50,482 bases of DNA, from positions 1 through 50,482 of the forward strand of contig JAJRWK010000272.1 in NCBI GenBank assembly GCA_024276795.1, in the 5' to 3' direction. The stretch comes from an archaeon. Lineage in GTDB: Archaea; Asgardarchaeota; Heimdallarchaeia; Heimdallarchaeales; JAJRWK01. The notes under the pieces were generated by a model. That model searched no databases, was not told where the DNA came from, and saw only the letters and a list, made by a program, of their open reading frames with translations. Both the position numbers and the translations under genes were made by a program. Below are positions 9,935 through 18,103 of the stretch, in pieces. Every line of letters begins with the position of its first letter. The first letter of the stretch is position 1.

Positions 9935-9993
9935 ATGACCAATGATCCTAGACGCGTCTCTGGGGTCATGGTGATACCAAGGAGGAAAGAACC

Positions 9994-10167
9994 ATGGTGA
10001 AAATGCTCGTACAAAGCAAAACCCGAGAATATATCAAGTCTAAGGGGTTGAACACTGGCGGAGACGCCTTGGATGCCCTAGAAAAGAAACTCGTTAAAAT
10101 CATTGACGAGGCTATCGAAAGGGCCAAGGCTAACAACCGCAAGACCCTCATGGGCAAAGACATCTAA
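9994..10167 (+). CDS. small histone-fold-like protein (DUF1931-like), 57 aa, absent from the ORF track
   Basis: Translation is MVKMLVQSKTREYIKSKGLNTGGDALDALEKKLVKIIDEAIERAKANNRKTLMGKDI*. GGAGGA lies 8 nt upstream of the ATG. The pattern 'SK.keyiK.kg...s.da..aL.ekv..ii..A.erAkangRKT....D' matches DUF1931/histone-fold proteins as I remember them. The 65-aa track ORF 9966..10163 (-) is its antisense shadow. Confidence 0.55.
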   Translation: MVKMLVQSKTREYIKSKGLNTGGDALDALEKKLVKIIDEAIERAKANNRKTLMGKDI

Positions 10168-10230
10168 AGTTCTTAATGTCTAACCCTGTGTCCCCTCCCT
10201 TCTCTTTTCTCATCAATCGCTTATTCCTTG

Positions 10231-10237
10231 TTTTTTT
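10231..10237 (+). terminator. oligo-T tract (T7) between convergent genes
   Basis: T7 run 64 nt after the stop at 10167. Archaeal termination commonly uses oligo-T tracts. Confidence 0.25.
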
Positions 10238-10286
10238 GTGGATTCAAGGCATGTTTTTCTATTGAATATGAAATATAGGAGTCAAA

Positions 10287-11417
10287 TTAGTATTTTCTTG
10301 GATTGTACCTTGAACGCGAATACCTTTTTCTGCTTTCTTCATTGGCTCTGCGTAGTCGCTCGATGATTTCTTTGATTGATGTACCTGGCTTAGTGGCGTC
10401 CGAGAATTGGAAAGCTTTTGAATCCTTTGCGTATGGCGAAGTTTTTCTTCTCAACCTAGCTTGTCCCGTTTGCATAGTTGGAACAGTAGTAGCCGTTCGG
10501 CCAGATTTTTTCTGATAAATTCTATGCCTAAGATCCAGGGGGTGCAAATTGGAGCGAATGTTTCCAAAGACGGACTCAGTTCTTCCGAGAACCAGAATTC
10601 CGTCGTCATCTAAACTATTGATAAAGCCTCGGATGATGCGTTCTTGCTCTTCTTTTGAGATGTATATTAACACATTTCTGCAAGAAATTAGATTCACGTT
10701 TTTGTAATAGGGATTTGCAAGCAAGTCATGTGTTTCAAATCGGACATTTCGTTGTAAATGGGGCTTGATTTTATACTCTCCGTTGAGGGTTGGAATAAAG
10801 TATTCTTTTACTTCGTTTGATTCTAGTTCCTCGAGGAGCTCTTCAGAGAATACTCCTCTCTGAGCAAAATTAATGTTAATTGTGTTGATATCGGTGGCAA
10901 TTATTAAATATTTCAAGTTGCGAACTACGCGTTTTGCTAGGCGCTCCATTAAGATGGCGTAAGTGTATGCCTCAGCTCCTAGAGAGGTTCCAGCAACCCA
11001 TATTTTGAATGCCTTGTTTGGGTTATCATGAACAAACTGCTTTAGAACACCGGGAAGTATTTCATACTCTAAGTACTCAAACGTGTCCCGATTTCTGAAA
11101 AAACGAGTAACATTTATGCTCATACTGTCAACAAATGTTCTAAATTCTTCAGGGCTTGACTTGAGAACTTCGAAATACTCCTTGTAAGTCTTTAGACCGA
11201 GTCGACTCATTCGAACTCTGATTCTGCGAATAAGGTATTTTTCTTTATAAGATGAAGATTTGATGGATTTCTGAGCTAGAAGTCTTTTAATCAAAGCAAT
11301 GTTTTCAGGATCGGATATGGGATCAAACAGCGGTGAAAATTCTTTGGATGAACCCGCTCGTGGAGCCACGAAGCGCGGTGGCGGGTCACGGTCTCGAGAA
11401 TAGTTTTTCCAGCTCAA
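10287..11417 (-). CDS. cheR: chemotaxis protein methyltransferase CheR, with basic N- and C-terminal extensions
   Basis: CheR motifs are present: NVTRFFRNRDTFEYLE, FKIWVAGTSLGAEAYTYAILM (SAM-binding), IIATDIN, ISCRNVLIYISKEEQ. The start codon appears to be TTG at 11417, preceded by GAGGG 8 nt upstream. The next in-frame ATG would delete the N-terminal helical domain. Confidence 0.9.
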   Translation of the reverse strand: MSWKNYSRDRDPPPRFVAPRAGSSKEFSPLFDPISDPENIALIKRLLAQKSIKSSSYKEKYLIRRIRVRMSRLGLKTYKEYFEVLKSSPEEFRTFVDSMSINVTRFFRNRDTFEYLEYEILPGVLKQFVHDNPNKAFKIWVAGTSLGAEAYTYAILMERLAKRVVRNLKYLIIATDINTININFAQRGVFSEELLEELESNEVKEYFIPTLNGEYKIKPHLQRNVRFETHDLLANPYYKNVNLISCRNVLIYISKEEQERIIRGFINSLDDDGILVLGRTESVFGNIRSNLHPLDLRHRIYQKKSGRTATTVPTMQTGQARLRRKTSPYAKDSKAFQFSDATKPGTSIKEIIERLRRANEESRKRYSRSRYNPRKY

Positions 11418-11571
11418 TATATTCCCTCTCTTTAGCCTTTTCTTCTAAGAAATAGTAAGCGACAATAGTTTTTGACATTTGCGGGAAGGCGTGGCCACTG
11501 CTAAGTATTCAGAAGCGTGTTAAAGAACATGGAAGCCGGGAGGGAAAAGGGACAAGATGCAGTTTCGTGTT

Positions 11572-13104
11572 TTAACTTTTCGGTGGTCTGCGTGGAGATT
11601 TGGTGGACTTGGATTTTTGTCTCTTTGTATTTGGCTTTGCCTTCTTTGGCTTTTTCTTTTCTGGTTTCTTGAGAAGGTCTTCTTTCTCTTGAAGAGTGAT
11701 TCCGGCTCTTTTCGCAGCGGTTTTTCTCTGCAGTTCGCGAATGTATTGAGTAACTTGTTCTTCGAGGATTCTTTCTTCAAATCCCTTGGTTCCAATTTCT
11801 TGTATTCTTCCAATTAATATGCCTAGCGCAATGATTGCTACAACGATAGGAGTCAGTACGAGAAGAATTCCTTCCGGCTGTGTTACTTCGATACTTCGTG
11901 AGACAGAGGGAGACATCCTCACATAATCAAGAAAGGTCGTAGGATTAAGAATAAACCATGTGAAGAAGATAACAAAACCAAGTCGTAATAACATTGATCC
12001 TCCAGCAAATAGCAGAATTGCTACTGGATTTATCTTGTGAGTTGCTCCTGCTAGCTTCGCGTCTAGTTCAGGGTCTCCTCTTAGGATTCCATCATGGTAT
12101 CGTTGCAAACGGCCAGTAAGTTTTTCCCTTTCTCCTCCGGGTTTTGCGAACAACGAGTCTTGAGCCTGTTCGAGCATGTAGACTAGAGCTGTTGCACCGA
12201 ATTTCTTTGCCAAAGTCGATCCTGAGGAAGCAACTGCTTTTTGAGTCTTGTGCAATTCTTCTTTGCTTGTCTTCCTGGTTTCCCCCTTTTCTGTCGTTAG
12301 ACCTAGTCGGAAGCGTTCTAAGCGTTCGAGAGATCTTGTTACTCTCTTCTGTCTTCCTACGGTTGGGCTGAGCAAGTTTCCCACGTAGCCCGTCTGTAAT
12401 GCATATTCAAAGTAAAGGTAGCTTATGAGAGCCAGAGTGAACATGCTTGATCCAAAGAGCGAGCCAAGTGTAGTTGGATCCATTGTTAAAGTGACAAGTA
12501 AATCATTCATGTAACCAAAAGCAATAATGACTTGGCCTAAGCCGAATGCGTAACCGGCAAGCTTCACTTCGTTTTGAAATGCAAACGCAATTCCTGAAAG
12601 AATTGTTGCCAAAAGGAAGATCGTCAAAAGACCATACAGGAATTCATGAACCCACTGGTCTCTTACTGGTTTGTCATAAAGATATGCGATCGGGGCAAGA
12701 AAAGAAACATTACCGAGCAAGTCTTGTTTGACAACGCCAGGAGTAACACCGAGTCCTTTGAAGACAAAATCGAGAATATAGAGCCGTGTAGTATAGACGT
12801 AGACAGCTCCTGTTGAGGGATACAAGGCAGATATTAGAAGCCCAGGGATCACGAGAATCTCGACGATGAATAATATCGCAGTTAGAGTGACAATAGTGAG
12901 AACTAATAGGGCGTTATCTATGTTGAAGACAGATCCTGGGTCTTTGAATGCTGAAAGCAGATAGGAAATGTAGATGAATAGAATTGTGAGACCGACAATT
13001 CTTAGCGTCCATGTTACAACGTTTACACGTGTTGTTGCTCTAGCAAGCAGTTTCTTAGCGACCAAGGTTGGGTCTTCTCTTCGTCTTCTTCTGGATTCGC
13101 TCAT
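11572..13104 (-). CDS. polytopic membrane protein with Lys-rich C-terminal tail (last gene of the MoxR/DUF58 unit)
   Basis: 510-codon ORF with about 10 hydrophobic segments. Its ATG overlaps the DUF58 stop (ATGA at 13101..13104), indicating co-translation. The tail is ...KKPEKKKPKKAKPNTKRQKSKSTKSPRRPPKS. Confidence 0.7.
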   Translation of the reverse strand: MSESRRRRREDPTLVAKKLLARATTRVNVVTWTLRIVGLTILFIYISYLLSAFKDPGSVFNIDNALLVLTIVTLTAILFIVEILVIPGLLISALYPSTGAVYVYTTRLYILDFVFKGLGVTPGVVKQDLLGNVSFLAPIAYLYDKPVRDQWVHEFLYGLLTIFLLATILSGIAFAFQNEVKLAGYAFGLGQVIIAFGYMNDLLVTLTMDPTTLGSLFGSSMFTLALISYLYFEYALQTGYVGNLLSPTVGRQKRVTRSLERLERFRLGLTTEKGETRKTSKEELHKTQKAVASSGSTLAKKFGATALVYMLEQAQDSLFAKPGGEREKLTGRLQRYHDGILRGDPELDAKLAGATHKINPVAILLFAGGSMLLRLGFVIFFTWFILNPTTFLDYVRMSPSVSRSIEVTQPEGILLVLTPIVVAIIALGILIGRIQEIGTKGFEERILEEQVTQYIRELQRKTAAKRAGITLQEKEDLLKKPEKKKPKKAKPNTKRQKSKSTKSPRRPPKS

Positions 13105-14654
13105 ATTGCACCAAGTCCTTTTTGTTTTGCCGCATTGAATTGTTGAAGTACTGTGGGCAAGAAATCGTCAGGACCGACGGATATTGCCGGAACCTCGTAT
13201 TTCTGGAGTTTCTTGAACAGTTCTCTTCTTCTTGCGATTTGTTCCTCGACGATTGCTTCGCCAATCAACCGATCGGTTGGGCTTAGTTCGTGCCGTCTGA
13301 TTTCAAACCATGGCCCGAATGGGGAAATCACAATCGCTTGATGCTTGTGGCTTCTTAATTTCCTTACTGCATCCAAAATATCTTCGGGTCGACCTTCTAA
13401 ATCACTGATGATTACAAACAAAGAAGCACGCTTGAGTCGTTTTACCACATATTCCGCGGCTTGAGCATATCGTTTTCTTCCTTGGGGAATCGCATATGCA
13501 AGGGATTCCATAATTCGGAACATTGTTTTTGGATTATTCGTTGGTTCAAGCCATGCTCTGACTCTTTCGTCAAATTGTAACATTCCGACCATGTCTCTTT
13601 TTTCCATCGCCACGTGAGCAAGCAAGACAGCCGCTCGAATGCCATATTCAAGCTTAGTGTTTCGCGGAATTCCAGCGCCCATGCTCGCACTTGTGTCAAC
13701 CATTATAACGACTCGAATGTTCTGTTCTGCTTCGAATTCTCTGACCATTAGCTCCCCTGTTCTTGAGAAAGCTTTCCAGTCAATCCATTTGAACGAGTCT
13801 TCAGGCACGTATTTTCGGATTCCCCAGAAGTCAGTACCCATTCCTTTGATTTTTGTTTTATGTGCTCCGAACAGCGCTCCTAGTTGTCGTTTTTTCCCAA
13901 TGACTTCCATTTTTCTGATATCTTCATAGGAGGGATAAACTAGAAGTTCTGAAACGTCAGCCAGTACTGCTTCTTCGCTGTAGAAGCCTTGACGATCATG
14001 CAAGATGACTTTGGTTGGACCAATAAAGAATAGCCCTCGGATTGGAATTCTGACAATGTATGCAAAAGTGATGCTTTGCTTGGGGTTTAGCTGTGTGGTG
14101 ATGAAGTTCTCTCCAAGGACTAGTTCAAAGACCTCTGGATAAGCGTCATATATCTCAATAACGGGAATTTGCTGAATACTATGATTCTTGACAGTTACTT
14201 CAACAAGCAGGTAATCTCCGGCAAATGCTCGGTTCTTTTGTAACTTACGAGTTATTTCTACGCTACCAGGACTTGCTCCTGCTTTGAAAAATGGAAAACC
14301 AATGCTCACACTCATCACAAATAACGATCCAAGAATCAGGAAGTAGAGCATGAGATCAGTAGATATATTGACCAGAGTACCGAGGAACAATCTGCCGAAA
14401 AATTCACCAAACCAGCCCATTAATACCCCGAAAAAGTCTGCGGTGGTATAACTACTACCCTGGCCTTTGTTTGGATACAAGAAACCAAAATCGATGTTTA
14501 GGCCAGAGCCAGAAGCACCTTGGGTCTGGAAGAAAGGAGAAAGGAATGGCTCTGTAAAAATACTGATGGACTGATAACCGGCGATAGCAATAGCTATTGC
14601 GATCATTAGGAGACCGTAATAAATGACAAGCCCGCCTCTGCGTGTAAAGATCAT
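13101..14654 (-). CDS. DUF58 (vWA-like) domain protein with N-terminal TM segments
   Basis: Classic DUF58 block DFWGIRKYVPEDSFKWIDWKAFSRTGELMVREFEAEQNIRVVIMVDTSASMG. Start placed at the ATG at 14654, with GGAGAG 8 nt upstream. The longer track ORF would overlap the MoxR gene. Confidence 0.85.
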   Translation of the reverse strand: MIFTRRGGLVIYYGLLMIAIAIAIAGYQSISIFTEPFLSPFFQTQGASGSGLNIDFGFLYPNKGQGSSYTTADFFGVLMGWFGEFFGRLFLGTLVNISTDLMLYFLILGSLFVMSVSIGFPFFKAGASPGSVEITRKLQKNRAFAGDYLLVEVTVKNHSIQQIPVIEIYDAYPEVFELVLGENFITTQLNPKQSITFAYIVRIPIRGLFFIGPTKVILHDRQGFYSEEAVLADVSELLVYPSYEDIRKMEVIGKKRQLGALFGAHKTKIKGMGTDFWGIRKYVPEDSFKWIDWKAFSRTGELMVREFEAEQNIRVVIMVDTSASMGAGIPRNTKLEYGIRAAVLLAHVAMEKRDMVGMLQFDERVRAWLEPTNNPKTMFRIMESLAYAIPQGRKRYAQAAEYVVKRLKRASLFVIISDLEGRPEDILDAVRKLRSHKHQAIVISPFGPWFEIRRHELSPTDRLIGEAIVEEQIARRRELFKKLQKYEVPAISVGPDDFLPTVLQQFNAAKQKGLGAI

Positions 14655-14694
14655 CGTTTTTCTCTCCGTGCATGACCCTTTTCTTACTTCAATG

Positions 14695-15693
14695 CTACAC
14701 GGGAACAGGAGTAGAAGCTTCGATATCCTCCATGACAAGATATCCTGTTGTTCCTTCTAGCTCCGCTTCAGCAGCTAGCTGTAATCTATGGCCAATACCC
14801 CATTTTAGGACTCGTTTCACGTCATCAGGAATAACGTAGGAACGTCCATTCATTGCAGCCCACGCCTTAGAAGCATTGAGTAAAGCGATGCTCGCTCTGG
14901 GAGATCCGCCAAGTAGTACTCGGGCGTCAGTTCTGGTTCGCACGACAATGTCTCGAATGTAACTCATTACTTCCTCTGTAATGTGGATACTATCACGAAC
15001 CACTTGTTGCATCTTAACTACGGTAATTGGATCGACCTTTTTCTCAACGCGGCGATAGACTCCCTCGTGTTTGAGCTTGATGATTCCTAGTTCTTCATCC
15101 GGACTTGGAAGTTCGAGGATTAGCTTGAACATGAAGCGATCCATTTGAGCTTCTGGCAATGGATAGGTTCCTTCCTGCTCAACAGGGTTTTGGGTAGCAA
15201 TAACCATGAAGGGAGGATCCAATTTGTATGTGGTTCCTTCAATAGATACTTGTTTTTCGGCCATTGCTTCCAAGAGAGCCGCCTGAGTCTTGGGGGGACT
15301 ACGGTTAATCTCGTCTGCAAGCAAGATGTTTGTGAAAATAGGGCCTCTTCGCATTTTGAACGTTCCAGATTTTGGATCATAAATGTTGGTTCCTAGAATA
15401 TCTGATGGCAAGAGGTCGGGGGTAAACTGAGCTCTCTTGAAGGTGCATCCAATCGCAGTTGCAAACGCGTTGCTCAAGTGCGTCTTTGCAATTCCGGGAA
15501 CACCTTCCAAAAGGATATGCCCCTCTCCTAGGAGGGCAATCATGAGGTCTTCCACAACTGTTATCTTTCCAATCATTACTTTTTGGATTTCTCGGTACAC
15601 TTCTTTCCAAATGGCTTGAATATCCTTTGGAGTAAGTGTTACTCTTTCTCGTTCCGGTTCTGCTTGTTTTCCTTTCGCTTTGTCTTTGGACAT
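14695..15693 (-). CDS. MoxR-family AAA+ ATPase
   Basis: Walker A GHILLEGVPGIAKTHL, then FTPDLLPSDILGT and ILLADEINRSPPKTQAALLEAM (Walker B / sensor region), typical of MoxR. The ATG at 15693 is preceded by GAGAGGA. The track start at 15708 is a TTG. Confidence 0.9.
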   Translation of the reverse strand: MSKDKAKGKQAEPERERVTLTPKDIQAIWKEVYREIQKVMIGKITVVEDLMIALLGEGHILLEGVPGIAKTHLSNAFATAIGCTFKRAQFTPDLLPSDILGTNIYDPKSGTFKMRRGPIFTNILLADEINRSPPKTQAALLEAMAEKQVSIEGTTYKLDPPFMVIATQNPVEQEGTYPLPEAQMDRFMFKLILELPSPDEELGIIKLKHEGVYRRVEKKVDPITVVKMQQVVRDSIHITEEVMSYIRDIVVRTRTDARVLLGGSPRASIALLNASKAWAAMNGRSYVIPDDVKRVLKWGIGHRLQLAAEAELEGTTGYLVMEDIEASTPVPV

Positions 15694-15909
15694 CTTGGAT
15701 CCTCTCAAAAAATTAATTCCTACTTTAACCTTAGGCTCTTTATACTTTTTATCTATTTCTCATAAAAGTATCAGCAGATTGAATTTAAGTCTTGGAACCG
15801 AGAGATTAGCTGAAAACAAAAAGCTAGGAAAAAACATTCCTCACATAATGGGAATAGGGAAAAAGAAAGGAGGAGACAGAGGAGTAGTAGCTTCGTTAGG
15901 AGAGTGAAC

Positions 15910-17679
15910 CTAATCTTTCGTTAGAAGATCGCTCATTCGTTTTAGTAAGGCCATATAATTCTTCGCCATCAGAGGCCTTACTCTTTGGTACGGATTATGG
16001 TATATGGCTTGGATCTGTCTTAGTTTTCTCAATAGTTCCCTTCTATTGAATAGAGATGGGAATTCCGCAGCATAGAAATCAGCAATTGTCTGTGGAGTGG
16101 GCACGTCTTCAAATCGGACGTCTTGTTGCAACAGTCGCAGGATCTTACGATAAAGAAGGCGAATTGCCTCTCCATAGGCGCCGGTCTCTTTGATATTTCG
16201 CAATCTTTGTTCGAATCTTGAGACACCGCGTTCTCCACGATATTTTGTTCTCAGCAGGCCTTTCTTTGACACGGGTTCTGGAACGATGAATTTGGCCAAT
16301 GACCTAGCAACTAAGGGCGCGAAAGGTGCTAGGATGGGAAACATGCTAATCTGAGCGATGAGTCTCATATACGACGCTGAATAGAGAGTGGGGCTATTGA
16401 TCGGTTGGTACACATGGGACAAGTCAAAAATGACGGGAACAGGCTTCGTGCGGTCTTGGTGAGCAGTGGCCATTTCAACAATGTTTAGAGCCAAGCGTAG
16501 GTTATCATTTTCAGTTACTTTCGATGTCCACTTGTTGATGAAAATGGACGGGTCTGCGATGAAAACCATTTTTCCGCCGTTCGGAACTAGGGGCATTGTG
16601 AGAGCTACTGAGAACTGAGTGTTTCCCCATTCGTCTAAATCAGGTTGTGCAGTGCCTTCCACTGCTGCCTTGTGATCTGTTTCGATCCAAGTGTTTCTTG
16701 AAGTATAGAGGGGGAAGAAAGGTAGCGAAATTGAGTATCCCGTATCGACTCCGTCTATCAGACCACCTAATACTTGATCAAGTGTTATTTTTTGCAAGGG
16801 GAACCATTGTCGATATGTTTCATTATTGTCACCGACAATTTCTGCCTGGAATGTTACTATTGAAGCAAATTCAAGTTGGACTTTGTTTACACCATTTGTA
16901 AAGGTATACCCTGGAATGTCAGTGTGGTCTATGTCTGTGATAAGTGGATTTACCGGGCTTTCAGTGAAGCTACCCACATCCATGAGGACACTTCCGTTGA
17001 ACCCGAAGCGCTTTAGCTTGGACATGATGGTTAAAAGAACGGTAGTTCCAATGTCTTCTTCCGTTGACCCGCCAGTCGTATTCCCTCCTCCGGAGAATTG
17101 TTCGAAGAAGGAACCAACTGTCGGGATACCCAAGCCAAATTGGTCGTTGAGTTTTTCGAGGGTAGAATCCAAATTGTCTAGAGCGTCAAAAATGGGATCC
17201 AGAACATCATTGCCAGATCCATAGTCGTCGACAACAACTACGGATCCTCCTCGTAACATGTAGAATATTATTGACATGGTTTCCGATGTGTCAAACCTAG
17301 AGGAAGGTCCGATTATGAAGAGCACTCCTGAACCGTTGAATCTATTCAATGCATTGAGTGAGGAGATCGTGGAAAAAGTCTCAATGTCATATTGTAGGCC
17401 ACCAGTGATTGATGTCTGAGAGATGAGTTCATTCCGAAATACCGATAGCCCGTCATAGTCGGTATTATAAATCGAAAACGTCCCGTAGGAAGTTCCAAAT
17501 GGAAGTAGGCTTAGGCCGATGGGAGCTAGAGCTAGGACTACGACAATGGTTGCAGCGATCGATTTCAAAGTGACTCGCTTGTACCACTTTGTCTTATGCT
17601 TGTCGGCGTGGTCTCGCTCTTGCCCTTGCTGGCCTCTTTCCGCCACGTTTCTCACCCTTACCCTTAGTCTTGGCTTCAA
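15910..17679 (-). CDS. DUF4350-like membrane-anchored protein
   Basis: One N-terminal TM, then VLFIIGPSSRFDTSETMSIIFYMLRGGSVVVVDDYGSGNDVL, which matches the DUF4350 pattern usually found beside MoxR/DUF58. The start is uncertain. The track start is TTG and overlaps the upstream ORF by 86 nt; in-frame GTG at 17655 and 17646 and TTG at 17568 are alternatives. Confidence 0.55.
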   Translation of the reverse strand: MKPRLRVRVRNVAERGQQGQERDHADKHKTKWYKRVTLKSIAATIVVVLALAPIGLSLLPFGTSYGTFSIYNTDYDGLSVFRNELISQTSITGGLQYDIETFSTISSLNALNRFNGSGVLFIIGPSSRFDTSETMSIIFYMLRGGSVVVVDDYGSGNDVLDPIFDALDNLDSTLEKLNDQFGLGIPTVGSFFEQFSGGGNTTGGSTEEDIGTTVLLTIMSKLKRFGFNGSVLMDVGSFTESPVNPLITDIDHTDIPGYTFTNGVNKVQLEFASIVTFQAEIVGDNNETYRQWFPLQKITLDQVLGGLIDGVDTGYSISLPFFPLYTSRNTWIETDHKAAVEGTAQPDLDEWGNTQFSVALTMPLVPNGGKMVFIADPSIFINKWTSKVTENDNLRLALNIVEMATAHQDRTKPVPVIFDLSHVYQPINSPTLYSASYMRLIAQISMFPILAPFAPLVARSLAKFIVPEPVSKKGLLRTKYRGERGVSRFEQRLRNIKETGAYGEAIRLLYRKILRLLQQDVRFEDVPTPQTIADFYAAEFPSLFNRRELLRKLRQIQAIYHNPYQRVRPLMAKNYMALLKRMSDLLTKD

Positions 17680-18103
17680 TTGTTGGTGCTGATTTCTTTA
17701 CAATTGAGTCGAGAACTGCAATTGCTTCTTCAAAGTCTTCTTGAGCTACCGTAAATGGACTGTACCGTGCAATCTCGAATTGCAAGATAATTGGTTCGAA
17801 AAGGTCGGGGTCTATTTTGGCTTTTTCCGCAAAGGCTTTCGAATATTCTCTTGCTGTTTGGCTTGGTTTTCGAGGCAAGTCCATCTTAGTGCTTCCGTAT
17901 TCTACTAGAGCTTGGAACAGGTGAACCGATGCTGCGTTGTAGTTGCCATTATTCGCCTCGTTTTCTGCGGCCTTGCGGGCTTTCTTGTAGCTTCCTGTGT
18001 CTACTTTGGGTTTCATCCCAAAGATGCCCTTCAATTTGTCTATGAAGGACTCTTTCTTTTCTTCTTTTCTTCTTCTTCGGGGTGGTCTTCTACTACTCCT
18101 CAA
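17594..18103 (-). CDS. DUF4129-like domain protein with Arg/Lys-rich termini
   Basis: NGNYNAASVHLFQALVEYGS...KPSQTAREYSKAFAEK...ILQFEIARYSPFTV matches the DUF4129 pattern ('A..G.y..A...ly......l........T..Ey... f..arYs'). The track start is TTG; an ATG alternative lies at 18016. Confidence 0.55.
   Translation of the reverse strand: MRSSRRPPRRRRKEEKKESFIDKLKGIFGMKPKVDTGSYKKARKAAENEANNGNYNAASVHLFQALVEYGSTKMDLPRKPSQTAREYSKAFAEKAKIDPDLFEPIILQFEIARYSPFTVAQEDFEEAIAVLDSIVKKSAPTIEAKTKGKGEKRGGKRPARARARPRRQA

Noticed and set aside
11520-11817. Overlapping ORFs on both strands (97 aa minus, 86 aa plus) at the 3' end of the 510-aa membrane gene.
   Set aside because: These are alternative-frame readings of the Lys-rich low-complexity tail (AAG/AAA repeats). 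The 510-aa frame is continuous with a well-formed membrane protein.
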